A stretch of DNA of 39,840 nucleotides, from the IMG/VR virus record IMGVR_UViG_3300042997_001509, positions 1 through 39,840 of that record, one strand, 5' to 3'. The notes under the pieces are model-generated. The model ran no database searches and was not told where the DNA came from. It was given only the letters and a program-made list of their open reading frames with translations. Source of the stretch: a virus (lineage: Duplodnaviria > Caudoviricetes). Each line of letters opens with the position of its first letter. Positions within the stretch are counted from its first letter, which is position 1. Shown piece by piece: positions 27,738 to 36,630 of this stretch. The translations under genes were made by a program, and so were the position numbers.

Positions 27738-28090
27738 TACTTGATTTTTGATTTACTTAGAGTATTAAATGAAACTGCGTATTTCTCGTTAACTTTATTT
27801 AGCATTCTACTAATTTTTCGGGTTGAGCGACCTGCTCTTTTTGCTTCGTTAACTCGTTCTGCGAGTTCTAAGTTGTCAAGATACAACCCTGGAACTACAA
27901 TAACTTCACGGCCATCGTACTTTACTGGGTGTACCAATTCCACTTCAAAACGATCCACATCTGGCTCGTACACATTTTGGTAAATCTCTGTGATTACCGC
28001 CTCTTGGCCATCAGCTAACTCCAGCATGTCGTTCTGCATTTCTTCAACGTCTGCTCGAATAATGACCTTGTCTCCAATTGAAAATTTCAT
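27737..28090 (-). CDS. Hypothetical protein, SH3/KOW-like N-terminus and basic tail
   Basis: MKFSIGDKVII...AVITEI...NLEL pattern. Confidence 0.65.
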   Translation of the reverse strand: MKFSIGDKVIIRADVEEMQNDMLELADGQEAVITEIYQNVYEPDVDRFEVELVHPVKYDGREVIVVPGLYLDNLELAERVNEAKRAGRSTRKISRMLNKVNEKYAVSFNTLSKSKIK

Positions 28091-28356
28091 CTCTTTTCTT
28101 TTTTAATTTTTAGTGTTAAATCGCCAGTCCCTTTGATTAGTCGATGCCAATCATGTCTAGGAATAGTTATAGTATTATTTAACGAGACAGGCAGTGCATT
28201 ATCTAATTGGATCATCCAATCAGTTGCAGATTCTGAAACTATTTGTCGAGTTTCATCGTCCCTATGCCATTTTAATTCAATTGGATCAATATCGTCTGAA
28301 AATTTACGAACAGTAACGTCTTTTATTTGATCAATATCTAAGTAAGGCTTGGTCAT
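28087..28356 (-). CDS. Small cupin-like protein
   Basis: ELKWHRDDETR...ITIPRHDWHRLIKG matches the two-His cupin layout. Confidence 0.65.
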   Translation of the reverse strand: MTKPYLDIDQIKDVTVRKFSDDIDPIELKWHRDDETRQIVSESATDWMIQLDNALPVSLNNTITIPRHDWHRLIKGTGDLTLKIKKEKR

Positions 28357-28853
28357 TTCCTTTTTCTTACCTTTTGTGCTAAATCCTTATCCGCTTTTCC
28401 CCAAGTACCGCTTGACTTTGTAACAAATGAATTTACTCGTGCATGAGCCCATGCAGTTTGACCTATACCTGGACGGTGACCTGTTTTCCAAGCTGCCATT
28501 CCTCTATTAAAAACTTGTTTAAGAATACCAAATGGTATTTTATACTTTGCCGCTTTTGCCTTTAGTGATTTATCCGCCGAGCTAGATTCATTAACTTCAA
28601 CCCATTCTGCAAATCGATAAACTCGATTCTCGCTCATGTCCTGATTTACTTTATTTGTATATGAACTTTTAACTTTGGAACCTTTAAACTTTCCACTTTT
28701 ATCTAGATCGCCAGGCATTGGTTTATATGCACTATCATTAGAGTCGCTCATCTTGGCTTGGCGCTTCATTTGACTCTCTTTCTTATTCTTTTGATCTTTA
28801 TTTAGACCTTTGAAATAAGGGCCAGATTTTCCGGTTACTTTTGCTTGGTCCAT
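28353..28853 (-). CDS. Basic phage hypothetical protein
   Basis: LKQVFNRGMAAWKTGHRPG...WAHARVNSF domain; internal VYRFAEWVEVNE. Confidence 0.75.
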   Translation of the reverse strand: MDQAKVTGKSGPYFKGLNKDQKNKKESQMKRQAKMSDSNDSAYKPMPGDLDKSGKFKGSKVKSSYTNKVNQDMSENRVYRFAEWVEVNESSSADKSLKAKAAKYKIPFGILKQVFNRGMAAWKTGHRPGIGQTAWAHARVNSFVTKSSGTWGKADKDLAQKVRKRK

Positions 28854-28869
28854 GCTTAGGTTTATTATT

Positions 28870-29826
28870 TTACCAGAATCCTGGATAGGTTTTACCTCCC
28901 CATAGATGAGAGTATCGGTTTATTCTACAAGCCCAATAGCCTGCTTTTTGTTTATCGTTCTTTAAATGGCAACGGTGTCTAGCTGCAAAGCTCTTTCGTG
29001 CTTCAGGATTACTAACCTTTGCAGTTAATCCACCATGCACATCACCAAATGCAATTTTTCTAACTTTTTTAGTTGTTGGATTCATTACGTAGACATGATA
29101 CTTCTTAGCACCACCTCTCATTGGCTTATTAAGCTCAACTTGTTTTCCTGAATATTCTGCCTCAAATAAAAAGTCTAACGGCACAGATTCACCTTCATAT
29201 TCAGCAAATTTACCTAGGTCAGTTTCTTCAAATAATTGTCGGTCAATTCCTTCTAATAAAAGTGATCCAGTATCAAATCTTCTTCTGGCTTCTGCTAGTA
29301 ATTCAAAATGAGCTTGACTTGTTGGTCTGTATATTGATTCAACGATTGACACCTGGTTATTGATGTGATATTGTAAACTTTCTGACATTGGATCAAGATC
29401 CGGATTAGGAATCATTCTCCAACGCTTTTCCATATCTCCACCAGCAATACCTTTAGCTACTTTAACGTCAGTTGATCTTTCCTTAATTGTTTCAAGGGCT
29501 TCAATATATTCACCATTATCATATAGTGCTTGAACAGTTTCAGCATCCTCATCTGATAACCTAACCATGTAGATCAATGGATGTCTTTGTTGATTGTAGT
29601 GACACCTCATCTTAAGCATGCCAAGAGTTTGTTTCATCACTTTATCATCATGAGATCCAGTCATATCACCAAGGCCTAGTGCATCTAGTTCCATGTCTGA
29701 ATCTAGGTCAGATGGAGCCTTAATAAATGATTCAATTCCATGACAATCTGCGATTCCATAGTACCATTCAAAGCCTGGATCAGACATTGATTCAAATAAT
29801 CTAAATGAGTGAACGTAACTTTTCAT
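28870..29826 (-). CDS. Multi-domain phage hypothetical protein with C-terminal FG...RKSFAARHxC...GYWAC domain
   Basis: Start moved to ATG 29826 (MKSYVHSFRLFES). Confidence 0.75.
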   Translation of the reverse strand: MKSYVHSFRLFESMSDPGFEWYYGIADCHGIESFIKAPSDLDSDMELDALGLGDMTGSHDDKVMKQTLGMLKMRCHYNQQRHPLIYMVRLSDEDAETVQALYDNGEYIEALETIKERSTDVKVAKGIAGGDMEKRWRMIPNPDLDPMSESLQYHINNQVSIVESIYRPTSQAHFELLAEARRRFDTGSLLLEGIDRQLFEETDLGKFAEYEGESVPLDFLFEAEYSGKQVELNKPMRGGAKKYHVYVMNPTTKKVRKIAFGDVHGGLTAKVSNPEARKSFAARHRCHLKNDKQKAGYWACRINRYSHLWGGKTYPGFW

Positions 29827-29828
29827 TA

Positions 29829-30287
29829 TTAGTTTGCGGTTATTTCTCCGCCACATTTGCAAATGTGACCTTCATACATCTCAGTTTTTTCGTATGCCAT
29901 TCCACATTCATTACAAGAATAATTACCTTCGTTAGCCATATACTCTGCTTGACCTTCAGCTGTCTCTGCAACTTCAGTCATTTCACCAATTAAAAAGTTA
30001 GCAACTTCTTCCATATCATCCTTTGAGGTTGTAATATGATCTACTGCCCAATTGTGGCCATTCTTTAAGATTGCATCAACTTTTAAAGGATCCATTTTTA
30101 ACATGATTCCAGCTAGTCTATGCACTGTTTCTAAATTACCAAAGAACATATAGTTCTCAGTTTGGTGTTGTTCGTCATGGTTAATTCCAGCAGGTTGCAT
30201 TGGCATTTCATCGCCAGATACGTGATGAGGTTCCATTGATACATGATCCATGAAACTTTCAAAAGTTTTAATAAGTCGGTTTTTCAT
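29829..30287 (-). CDS. Hypothetical protein with C-terminal zinc ribbon
   Basis: N-terminal RLIKTFESF; CNECG...CKCGG. Confidence 0.75.
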   Translation of the reverse strand: MKNRLIKTFESFMDHVSMEPHHVSGDEMPMQPAGINHDEQHQTENYMFFGNLETVHRLAGIMLKMDPLKVDAILKNGHNWAVDHITTSKDDMEEVANFLIGEMTEVAETAEGQAEYMANEGNYSCNECGMAYEKTEMYEGHICKCGGEITAN

Positions 30288-31837
30288 TACTTTGTATTAT
30301 TTTGTTCTTTTATAAAGTCTGCAAATCCTAAGATTGCTGATTTTTTCTTCTTTTTCTTTGTGGTAATATCGTCCATTGATATGAATTTATCGCCAGATCC
30401 AACTGAGTCAGCAGTAGGGGCAACAATAGGTCCCATTGATCCAATTGATCCAGGTACTTGAGGAGAAACTCCTGGAGCAACTCCATCTTCACTAACTTGT
30501 TTTGGTTTAGGTTCATCAACTACGGTTGTGTCTAAAATAAACATTCGGCTTACTGCATCCGCTTTCATTTCTCCCTCTCTTCCTCCAACTGCCTTGCCTA
30601 TTAATTTAGCTGCGCCATTTAGAGTCTTTGCATAAATTGTGTGGAGCCATTTTCCAGTATCTTTAAATGCTTTACCTGCAACAGTTTCATCAGAACCTTT
30701 AAATAGTAAATTCATTAGGTCCTGTGATGCTTTTCTAAACTTCATCAATTTAGAGTCGTCTGCTATTTGCTTGCCGGTAACTGGTAATGAAGTTCTTTCA
30801 TATAACGGTAACTTCTTATTGAAGTCATAGTGAATTCCTTTGTACTTCTTTGTGTCAAACTCTTTATCCTTAACTCTCTCAATTAGGGCCTTTTGCACTT
30901 GATCGATTAGTCTAACTAGGTATTCCTTTGCATCTTGTGAAACTTCTGGAAATCCATTAACACTGGTTCTAAGCTTATTAGCTTCAGTCAAAATATCATT
31001 TTCATTTGACCATGCAGTATGTTGAAATTCAAATATTTTACGAACTAATGATGCAACATCCTTATTAACAAAAATACCATTCTTAATATCATCAGTCTTT
31101 TCCTTACCGATTTCTGAACTTATTTGACCAGTGTAAGTATTAATAGCATCATCTATTCCAGAGGTTACCTCTTCGGGCATTCCATCTGCTAGTATTTCAG
31201 CTGTTTCTAAATTAGCAAATACTTCTTTTGCAGCCTCTTCCTTTTCTTCTGGAGTTTGAGCTCCTTGGAATTTTGAATAGGCTTGTTTGGTTTTCTCAGC
31301 AGGCTTAGTTATTCTAAGAGCATAAATTTCAGATAGGTCCTTGTTAATATCATCAACCTTTTTGCGAATATCGTCTGCAAACTCTGAAGCTGCGCTCTTT
31401 GCACCTAGTGTTTCATAAATAACTTCAACTACTCTAACTCTACAAACAAATCTGGTAATTTTATCAGTAATTCGGTTAATTTCTAATTCATTTAGCTCTT
31501 CCTTATCTAGAGCAGTAAGTAGTTCTTTTCTAAATACTGAGATTCTCTCATTAAGGTAAATAAAGTACTTATCAAGTACAGCTTTCATGCCAGGATTAGA
31601 GAACGTCTTAAATAGAGTAGGATCCTCTAGTTTCTTTCTAAGGTCATCTTCTCCAAGATTGAATAACCAATCAAGAATACGATTCATATCCTCGTTATCA
31701 TCACCAGATGATCCCGAGCCGCTAGACTTTGAGTTCTTAGCCTTATTGATTAAATCTTCAGTGTCTGACCCAATTTGGATCAACTCTGTTTCAAGAATCA
31801 GGCTCTCAAGTACTTGTAATCTTTTTACATTAAACAT
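30287..31837 (-). CDS. Large helical hypothetical protein
   Basis: Start moved to ATG 31837 (MFNVKR); C-terminal KKKKKKSAILGFADFIKE. Confidence 0.75.
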   Translation of the reverse strand: MFNVKRLQVLESLILETELIQIGSDTEDLINKAKNSKSSGSGSSGDDNEDMNRILDWLFNLGEDDLRKKLEDPTLFKTFSNPGMKAVLDKYFIYLNERISVFRKELLTALDKEELNELEINRITDKITRFVCRVRVVEVIYETLGAKSAASEFADDIRKKVDDINKDLSEIYALRITKPAEKTKQAYSKFQGAQTPEEKEEAAKEVFANLETAEILADGMPEEVTSGIDDAINTYTGQISSEIGKEKTDDIKNGIFVNKDVASLVRKIFEFQHTAWSNENDILTEANKLRTSVNGFPEVSQDAKEYLVRLIDQVQKALIERVKDKEFDTKKYKGIHYDFNKKLPLYERTSLPVTGKQIADDSKLMKFRKASQDLMNLLFKGSDETVAGKAFKDTGKWLHTIYAKTLNGAAKLIGKAVGGREGEMKADAVSRMFILDTTVVDEPKPKQVSEDGVAPGVSPQVPGSIGSMGPIVAPTADSVGSGDKFISMDDITTKKKKKKSAILGFADFIKEQNNTK

Positions 31838-31838
31838 A

Positions 31839-32261
31839 TTATGCTTCAAATTGTAGTAAATATTTAGTTTTGTTTGCTAAATCTAAAACCTCATCAGCTA
31901 GGTTAAAAAGCTCTGAATCTTTTTCTTTATCAAAGATTTCGCAGAAGTTAACTCTAAAAGCATCATCAACTAGTTCAAAGAACTCATTAATTGACGTATC
32001 ATAGTCATACACCATAATAGCAGCTTCTCCAAATTTTAGGTGATCTTTACCGTACTTTCCAGCAATTGCTTCAACTACTGTGTCCATTTGACCAATAAAT
32101 GCCTCATAGAAAGATCCAAAATGACGATGTTCTCTATCGTATCTGGTTTGCCAGTGAATAATTTTTGCCTGATCTGCAATTTGCATGAACGATAGCATTA
32201 GGTAACTTATTGTTACTGGTTGTTCGCTCTGTGGCGTAACTTCATTTTCTAGTCCGAACAT
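31839..32261 (-). CDS. Dps/ferritin-like four-helix protein
   Basis: AKIIHWQT...EH..FGSFYE....MD.VVE...GKYG and DEVL..ANKTKYLL follow the Dps HW/H/D/E ferroxidase spacing. Confidence 0.75.
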   Translation of the reverse strand: MFGLENEVTPQSEQPVTISYLMLSFMQIADQAKIIHWQTRYDREHRHFGSFYEAFIGQMDTVVEAIAGKYGKDHLKFGEAAIMVYDYDTSINEFFELVDDAFRVNFCEIFDKEKDSELFNLADEVLDLANKTKYLLQFEA

Positions 32262-32443
32262 TAGTTTTTACGAAATTTTTGTGCTTTTTGCCATTTTGAA
32301 AAAGGTGTCACCCAGAAATCACGGTTAATATTCTTTTGTAAAAAATCATACACGTCATTTCCAGTAGGATGCTGTTGTACCGCATTTTTTAAAGGCTCCT
32401 TGCCTTTACGGTAGTTATCAATATTCTTAGCTGTCTTTTCCAT
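32261..32443 (-). CDS. Small basic hypothetical protein
   Basis: First ORF of the late operon; TAATG coupling to the next gene. Confidence 0.6.
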   Translation of the reverse strand: MEKTAKNIDNYRKGKEPLKNAVQQHPTGNDVYDFLQKNINRDFWVTPFSKWQKAQKFRKN

Positions 32444-32446
32444 AAA

Positions 32447-32456
32447 GTTATTTATT
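32447..32456 (-). promoter_or_regulatory. Late-promoter-like AATAAATAAC
   Basis: Heads the 27234-32443 operon; only 3 nt from the first ATG. Confidence 0.55.
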
Positions 32457-32482
32457 CGGCAGACCTTGGCTACTTCCTATCA

Positions 32483-32514
32483 AAACTTTATAACATAATT
32501 AAATATAAGTATAG
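32483..32514 (+). promoter_or_regulatory. Bipartite motif AAACTT-N14-ATATAAGTAT
   Basis: Upstream of the A1-like gene. Confidence 0.5.
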
Positions 32515-32532
32515 ATAACAAAACTGTAATAA

Positions 32533-34104
32533 TTGATGAAGTTTGACGAATTAACTCCACAGGATGTCTCCGATCTTTCTACCATTTACTGGAATAAAGA
32601 TTTAAGCTGGGACACCCGAATGAAAGAATTAAGCGAATACTTGGGTAAATCTGAAAGGACTGTCCAAACATGGTTAGCTAAACTCGGAATCACCGAGAGC
32701 TCAATACAAGAGTCTCCGCAACTAATTAAAGCCAGAGAACGCAAGTTCGATAAAAAGAAAAAGCGATTCATTATCACATGGGCACAAAATGATACGCCAG
32801 TTCACGAAGAATTCGTATCTAACCTTGAAAAGTACGCAGAACTAATTAACGCTGACATTCATGTAATTGCAGGTCGATACAAAAATCCAACCTCAGTATT
32901 CTCTGATAAGAACTACGAGACTTGGGCAGAACGTATTGAAACCTACTTAGACGCAGGTCGACATGAGGTTCACAAACACATGTGGATCATGTCTGATGTT
33001 AAAATTCAGCCAACTGCCGTTGATCCAATGACTGGATTGCAAGGTATGAGCGGTATTAACTCATGTGTATTTGGCTCACCTAAGGTCCACTTGGAAACAA
33101 TTCCTGTGCTTGAAGGCAATTTGCCAAAAATGATGATGACTACTGGTGCTTGTACTGTTAAGAACTATACTGATTCAAAATCAGGTAAGAAGGGCGAGTT
33201 TCACCATACTCTTGGATTTGTAGTAGTTGAGATCAAGGACCAAAATATCTTTTTTGCTCGTCAAGTAACCGCAACAGATGACGGTAACTTTACTGATCTC
33301 TATAACCGAGTTGAATATAATGAGGATATTGAATCTAGTGAAATTATTCAAGTTACTTCAGTTGCGGCTATTGTCTTGGGAGACATTCACTACGGCCAAC
33401 ATGATGAGAGAGTAATAAAGAAAACTCTTGAATTATTTAAGAAGCTTTATCCGGATAATGTTATTCTACATGACGTATTTGACGGACTTTCAATCAATCA
33501 TCATGAAATAAAAGACCCTTTCATTCAATACAAAAGAGAAATGGATGGATCAAATTCATTAAAGAAAGAGGTTGATGCTATGCTAAAGGGCCTTGAGGCT
33601 TTTGCAGAATACAAAGTTGCAATTGTTCGTAGTAATCATGATGACTTCTTGGATCGTTGGTTAAAGTCTACTGATTGGAGAAAAACTGCAACTCTTAAGA
33701 ATTCTTTGGAATACATGGAGTACAGTGCTCTTTTACTTAGAGGAATTGCACCAAACGGAGTAATCCCTTACCTAATCAATCAAAAATTTCCAAATTTTAA
33801 AACGTTAGGTCGTAGCGATAGCTTTGTAATAAACGGTTGGGAATTAGCTCAGCATGGAGATATTGGTTCAAATGGTTCTCGCGGATCGCTTCTTCAATTT
33901 AGAAAATTAAATACTAAAATTGTAGTAGGTCATTATCATTCGCCTGGTCGTAGGGACGGAGCATTAGCTGTCGGGACGTCTACTAAATTAAGAGTTAACT
34001 ATAATGTCGGACCTAGTGGATGGCTCCAATCACACGTAATCATTCACCATGATGGAAAAGCTCAACATATTAACTTTATTAAAGGCGAGTTTACATCACT
34101 ATAG
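32533..34104 (+). CDS. T5 A1-like protein (N-terminal HTH plus calcineurin-like metallophosphoesterase/nuclease)
   Basis: YLGKSERTVQTW HTH; ITWAQNDTPVH, PTAVDP, TTGACT..NY...KGEFHH; GDIH, HDVFDG, SNHD, HGD, GHYHS. Confidence 0.75.
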   Translation: MMKFDELTPQDVSDLSTIYWNKDLSWDTRMKELSEYLGKSERTVQTWLAKLGITESSIQESPQLIKARERKFDKKKKRFIITWAQNDTPVHEEFVSNLEKYAELINADIHVIAGRYKNPTSVFSDKNYETWAERIETYLDAGRHEVHKHMWIMSDVKIQPTAVDPMTGLQGMSGINSCVFGSPKVHLETIPVLEGNLPKMMMTTGACTVKNYTDSKSGKKGEFHHTLGFVVVEIKDQNIFFARQVTATDDGNFTDLYNRVEYNEDIESSEIIQVTSVAAIVLGDIHYGQHDERVIKKTLELFKKLYPDNVILHDVFDGLSINHHEIKDPFIQYKREMDGSNSLKKEVDAMLKGLEAFAEYKVAIVRSNHDDFLDRWLKSTDWRKTATLKNSLEYMEYSALLLRGIAPNGVIPYLINQKFPNFKTLGRSDSFVINGWELAQHGDIGSNGSRGSLLQFRKLNTKIVVGHYHSPGRRDGALAVGTSTKLRVNYNVGPSGWLQSHVIIHHDGKAQHINFIKGEFTSL

Positions 34105-34125
34105 TTACTGTAAACCAATTCACAT

Positions 34126-34152
34126 AAAAAAAGCTCCATTAGGAGCTTTTTT
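34126..34152. terminator. Bidirectional intrinsic terminator
   Basis: AAAAAAGCTCC-ATTA-GGAGCTTTTTT between convergent genes. Confidence 0.85.
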
Positions 34153-34159
34153 AGTTTAG

Positions 34160-36016
34160 TTAGTCTTCAATTTGGATTATTGGTTCTGGACTTAATTTTT
34201 CAGGTTCATCATTAATCACATTCTCATGATTAATATTTTCGTTTAATGATTCCATTAAGTCCTTATTGAAATTGTAAAATTCTGAGTGAACTGTTGATGG
34301 TGTTGCTTCTTTAAATGCTGCAAAGTCTCTAGTTTTTATTGAATTCATTATTGACTCTCCGATATTGGTTGTTGGAACTTCGATCAATTTAGTATTTCTC
34401 TTAATGTTTAAATTTCTTGATCTTTTCTTTGCAAGTTCTAATTGTAGAGCAATGTCTTTAATTCTACTAGGTTCAGCTGCGATGCTTACTGGTTCAAAAC
34501 CGGGTCTAATTGCTTTTAATACTGATTCTATATTGCCATCGCCGATCATAACATGACCTGCTAGGTTTTGTTTATCGCTTGCTGATACTTTAGCAAGCGC
34601 ATTATTTAAGGTTTCTTTCTTAATTGGAAAAATCTTGCTAGATTTTCCTGGATGAATACATATTAACAGAGTAGGTAATCCATTTTTCTCAGTTAAGATG
34701 CGTGCATTCTTGATATGGCCTTTATGGATTGGTTGAAATTCTGAAAGTAATAGGTTAACTTTCTTTACTTTGGTTTGAGCATCATTTGCTACATCATAAG
34801 TTTCAAAATAGCCTGGAGCTTTATCATCTCCAACAAATTCGCTAAATGAAGGAAAATAGTTCTCAAATAATTGATCGCCCATTGCAATTTGGTCTAGCTT
34901 ACCGATTTGATCAATAAGGTTAGTTTTCATTGCATCAGTGAAAAGATGAGAATTTATTTTTATCTTCTTTTTTCTAAAGATGTTTATAAAGATTCGATAT
35001 ATTTCTTTGAAGTTTTGGTTATTTAAAATTATTTCAGATACTTGAGTATCATTTACCAAGTCTAAGTTAACATCAAACTCTTCTCTCTTTAGGAATTCTG
35101 GTACCTGAATGTCAAGGTCATTGTATTTCTCTCCAAATTCTTTAATAAATTCAATAAACAACTTATTGATTAATGAAATAAATCTTTCGTCAGGAGTTTC
35201 ACCTTCAAGCGAAATTGATCTAAGTTCAGAAAGTCTGTAACTCTCAATAAAGTTCATTAAGTCAGTTACAATAATCCAAATATAATCATCGCTTTTCTTT
35301 TGAACTTTTTCTTGAGGTAAGTTCTTTGCATTATCATAAAAAACTGGATCTACTAGTTTAGCAAGTACTGCTTCTTCTGAGGATTTACCTTCATCTGCAA
35401 ATCTAAATACAACTTCATCGATTGCTCTATCGTCTGCAACTGATTCGTCAACTGCTGGGTTTAAAACTGATAATATATGTTTAGTGAATGATTTAGTTTT
35501 AAATTTCTCGCTTAGTGCTGCAAGCGGAGTAAAAATGAATTCTTGGATCTTAACCTTTTGGTCATCATTTAACTTTCCTTGAAATATAATAGCTGGTGGA
35601 TTTACATTAATCACGTTAGCCCATTTATTTAATTCTTCTTTATCGTGAATCGTTTGAATGTGTTGGTAATTTTCATCAAGTACTTTAATGTGACTTAATC
35701 TTAATGGAACCTCTCTATTAGGATTGTAATCCATTCCAAACACATAGTTCTCAGGAACTGTTTTTAAGGCGTCATGCCCAAGACTCTCAAAATGTCTAAT
35801 GCCCGACTCGTAGTATTTACTAAGAACTCGGTCGATGTAACCAATTTTACTGTCTTTTTTAAAGTAGTTAAAGTTATTCTGCTTGCCATCTCTTTTAGCG
35901 CCAAAATACGCGCCATCAATTTTTTCGTTAATGATAACAGTCTTATTTAAAAGATTCTCTAGAAAGTCTTTTCCACGTTTTTCATAAACGTCTCTTAGGT
36001 GTGATAGTCCTGCCAT
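34160..36016 (-). CDS. Fusion of ATP-dependent RNA-ligase-like domain and HIGH-family nucleotidyltransferase-like domain
   Basis: INEKIDG (ligase motif I), PPAIIFQG, DEVVFRF, LAKLVD; C-terminal FQPIHKGH. Confidence 0.65.
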   Translation of the reverse strand: MAGLSHLRDVYEKRGKDFLENLLNKTVIINEKIDGAYFGAKRDGKQNNFNYFKKDSKIGYIDRVLSKYYESGIRHFESLGHDALKTVPENYVFGMDYNPNREVPLRLSHIKVLDENYQHIQTIHDKEELNKWANVINVNPPAIIFQGKLNDDQKVKIQEFIFTPLAALSEKFKTKSFTKHILSVLNPAVDESVADDRAIDEVVFRFADEGKSSEEAVLAKLVDPVFYDNAKNLPQEKVQKKSDDYIWIIVTDLMNFIESYRLSELRSISLEGETPDERFISLINKLFIEFIKEFGEKYNDLDIQVPEFLKREEFDVNLDLVNDTQVSEIILNNQNFKEIYRIFINIFRKKKIKINSHLFTDAMKTNLIDQIGKLDQIAMGDQLFENYFPSFSEFVGDDKAPGYFETYDVANDAQTKVKKVNLLLSEFQPIHKGHIKNARILTEKNGLPTLLICIHPGKSSKIFPIKKETLNNALAKVSASDKQNLAGHVMIGDGNIESVLKAIRPGFEPVSIAAEPSRIKDIALQLELAKKRSRNLNIKRNTKLIEVPTTNIGESIMNSIKTRDFAAFKEATPSTVHSEFYNFNKDLMESLNENINHENVINDEPEKLSPEPIIQIED

Positions 36017-36020
36017 ATCA

Positions 36021-36030
36021 GTTATTTATT
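36021..36030 (-). promoter_or_regulatory. Late-promoter-like AATAAATAAC overlapping kinase stop codon
   Basis: Read as N-K-stop; 4 nt before the next ATG. Confidence 0.55.
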
Positions 36031-36630
36031 AGGCTCGATTCCTAATAACGCATAGCATTCGTGGTTAAATGAAGCAACCGAGGCTTCATCAAAGTTATTA
36101 AAAACTATACTTATCTTATTATTTTTATCAGAATTAGCAAGATCGTGCATCCCAAGTTCAATCAAACGAGCCATTAATTGCTGTTCTTCTACCGTAGAAT
36201 GAGCTCCGTCCCATGTGTCTTTGGTTCGATTAGCATCACCGGTCTGGCCGATTACTGTGACTACTAAGGTCTTTGAATTTGCATAAAGTGTTGTGTTTAA
36301 TAACTTTAAGAACTCTAATTCAGCAGCATTCCTAGTTAATCTGTTTCTTAAGATTGCCCAAGTGTATGCAGAAATGATTGCTCGGTCAAAGATCCAAATC
36401 TTATCTGAGTATTCGGGTCTAAGATTCATTTCCATAATTGTCATAATATTTCCTAAACTGAAATAATGAAGATTTGGATTTGCATCTTGACCAACAAGGT
36501 CAAGAGCCTTTATGTGGTTTGCGAAATAAAACTTATAGTATTCAACTCGAGGATCATTACAATCTTCAATAAATTGATTTATAAGAAACGTCTTGCCAGA
36601 GTGTCTGGCTCCTTCTACGAATAATATCAT
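36022..36630 (-). CDS. P-loop nucleotide kinase (dNMP/thymidylate-kinase-like)
   Basis: ILFVEGARHSGKT and IFDRAIIS. Confidence 0.75.
   Translation of the reverse strand: MILFVEGARHSGKTFLINQFIEDCNDPRVEYYKFYFANHIKALDLVGQDANPNLHYFSLGNIMTIMEMNLRPEYSDKIWIFDRAIISAYTWAILRNRLTRNAAELEFLKLLNTTLYANSKTLVVTVIGQTGDANRTKDTWDGAHSTVEEQQLMARLIELGMHDLANSDKNNKISIVFNNFDEASVASFNHECYALLGIEPNK

Noticed and set aside
14560-36016. Shared N-terminus MAGLxH in tail tube and ligase fusion
   Set aside because: Only two short instances, and ATG GCA is a common start context here; likely chance.
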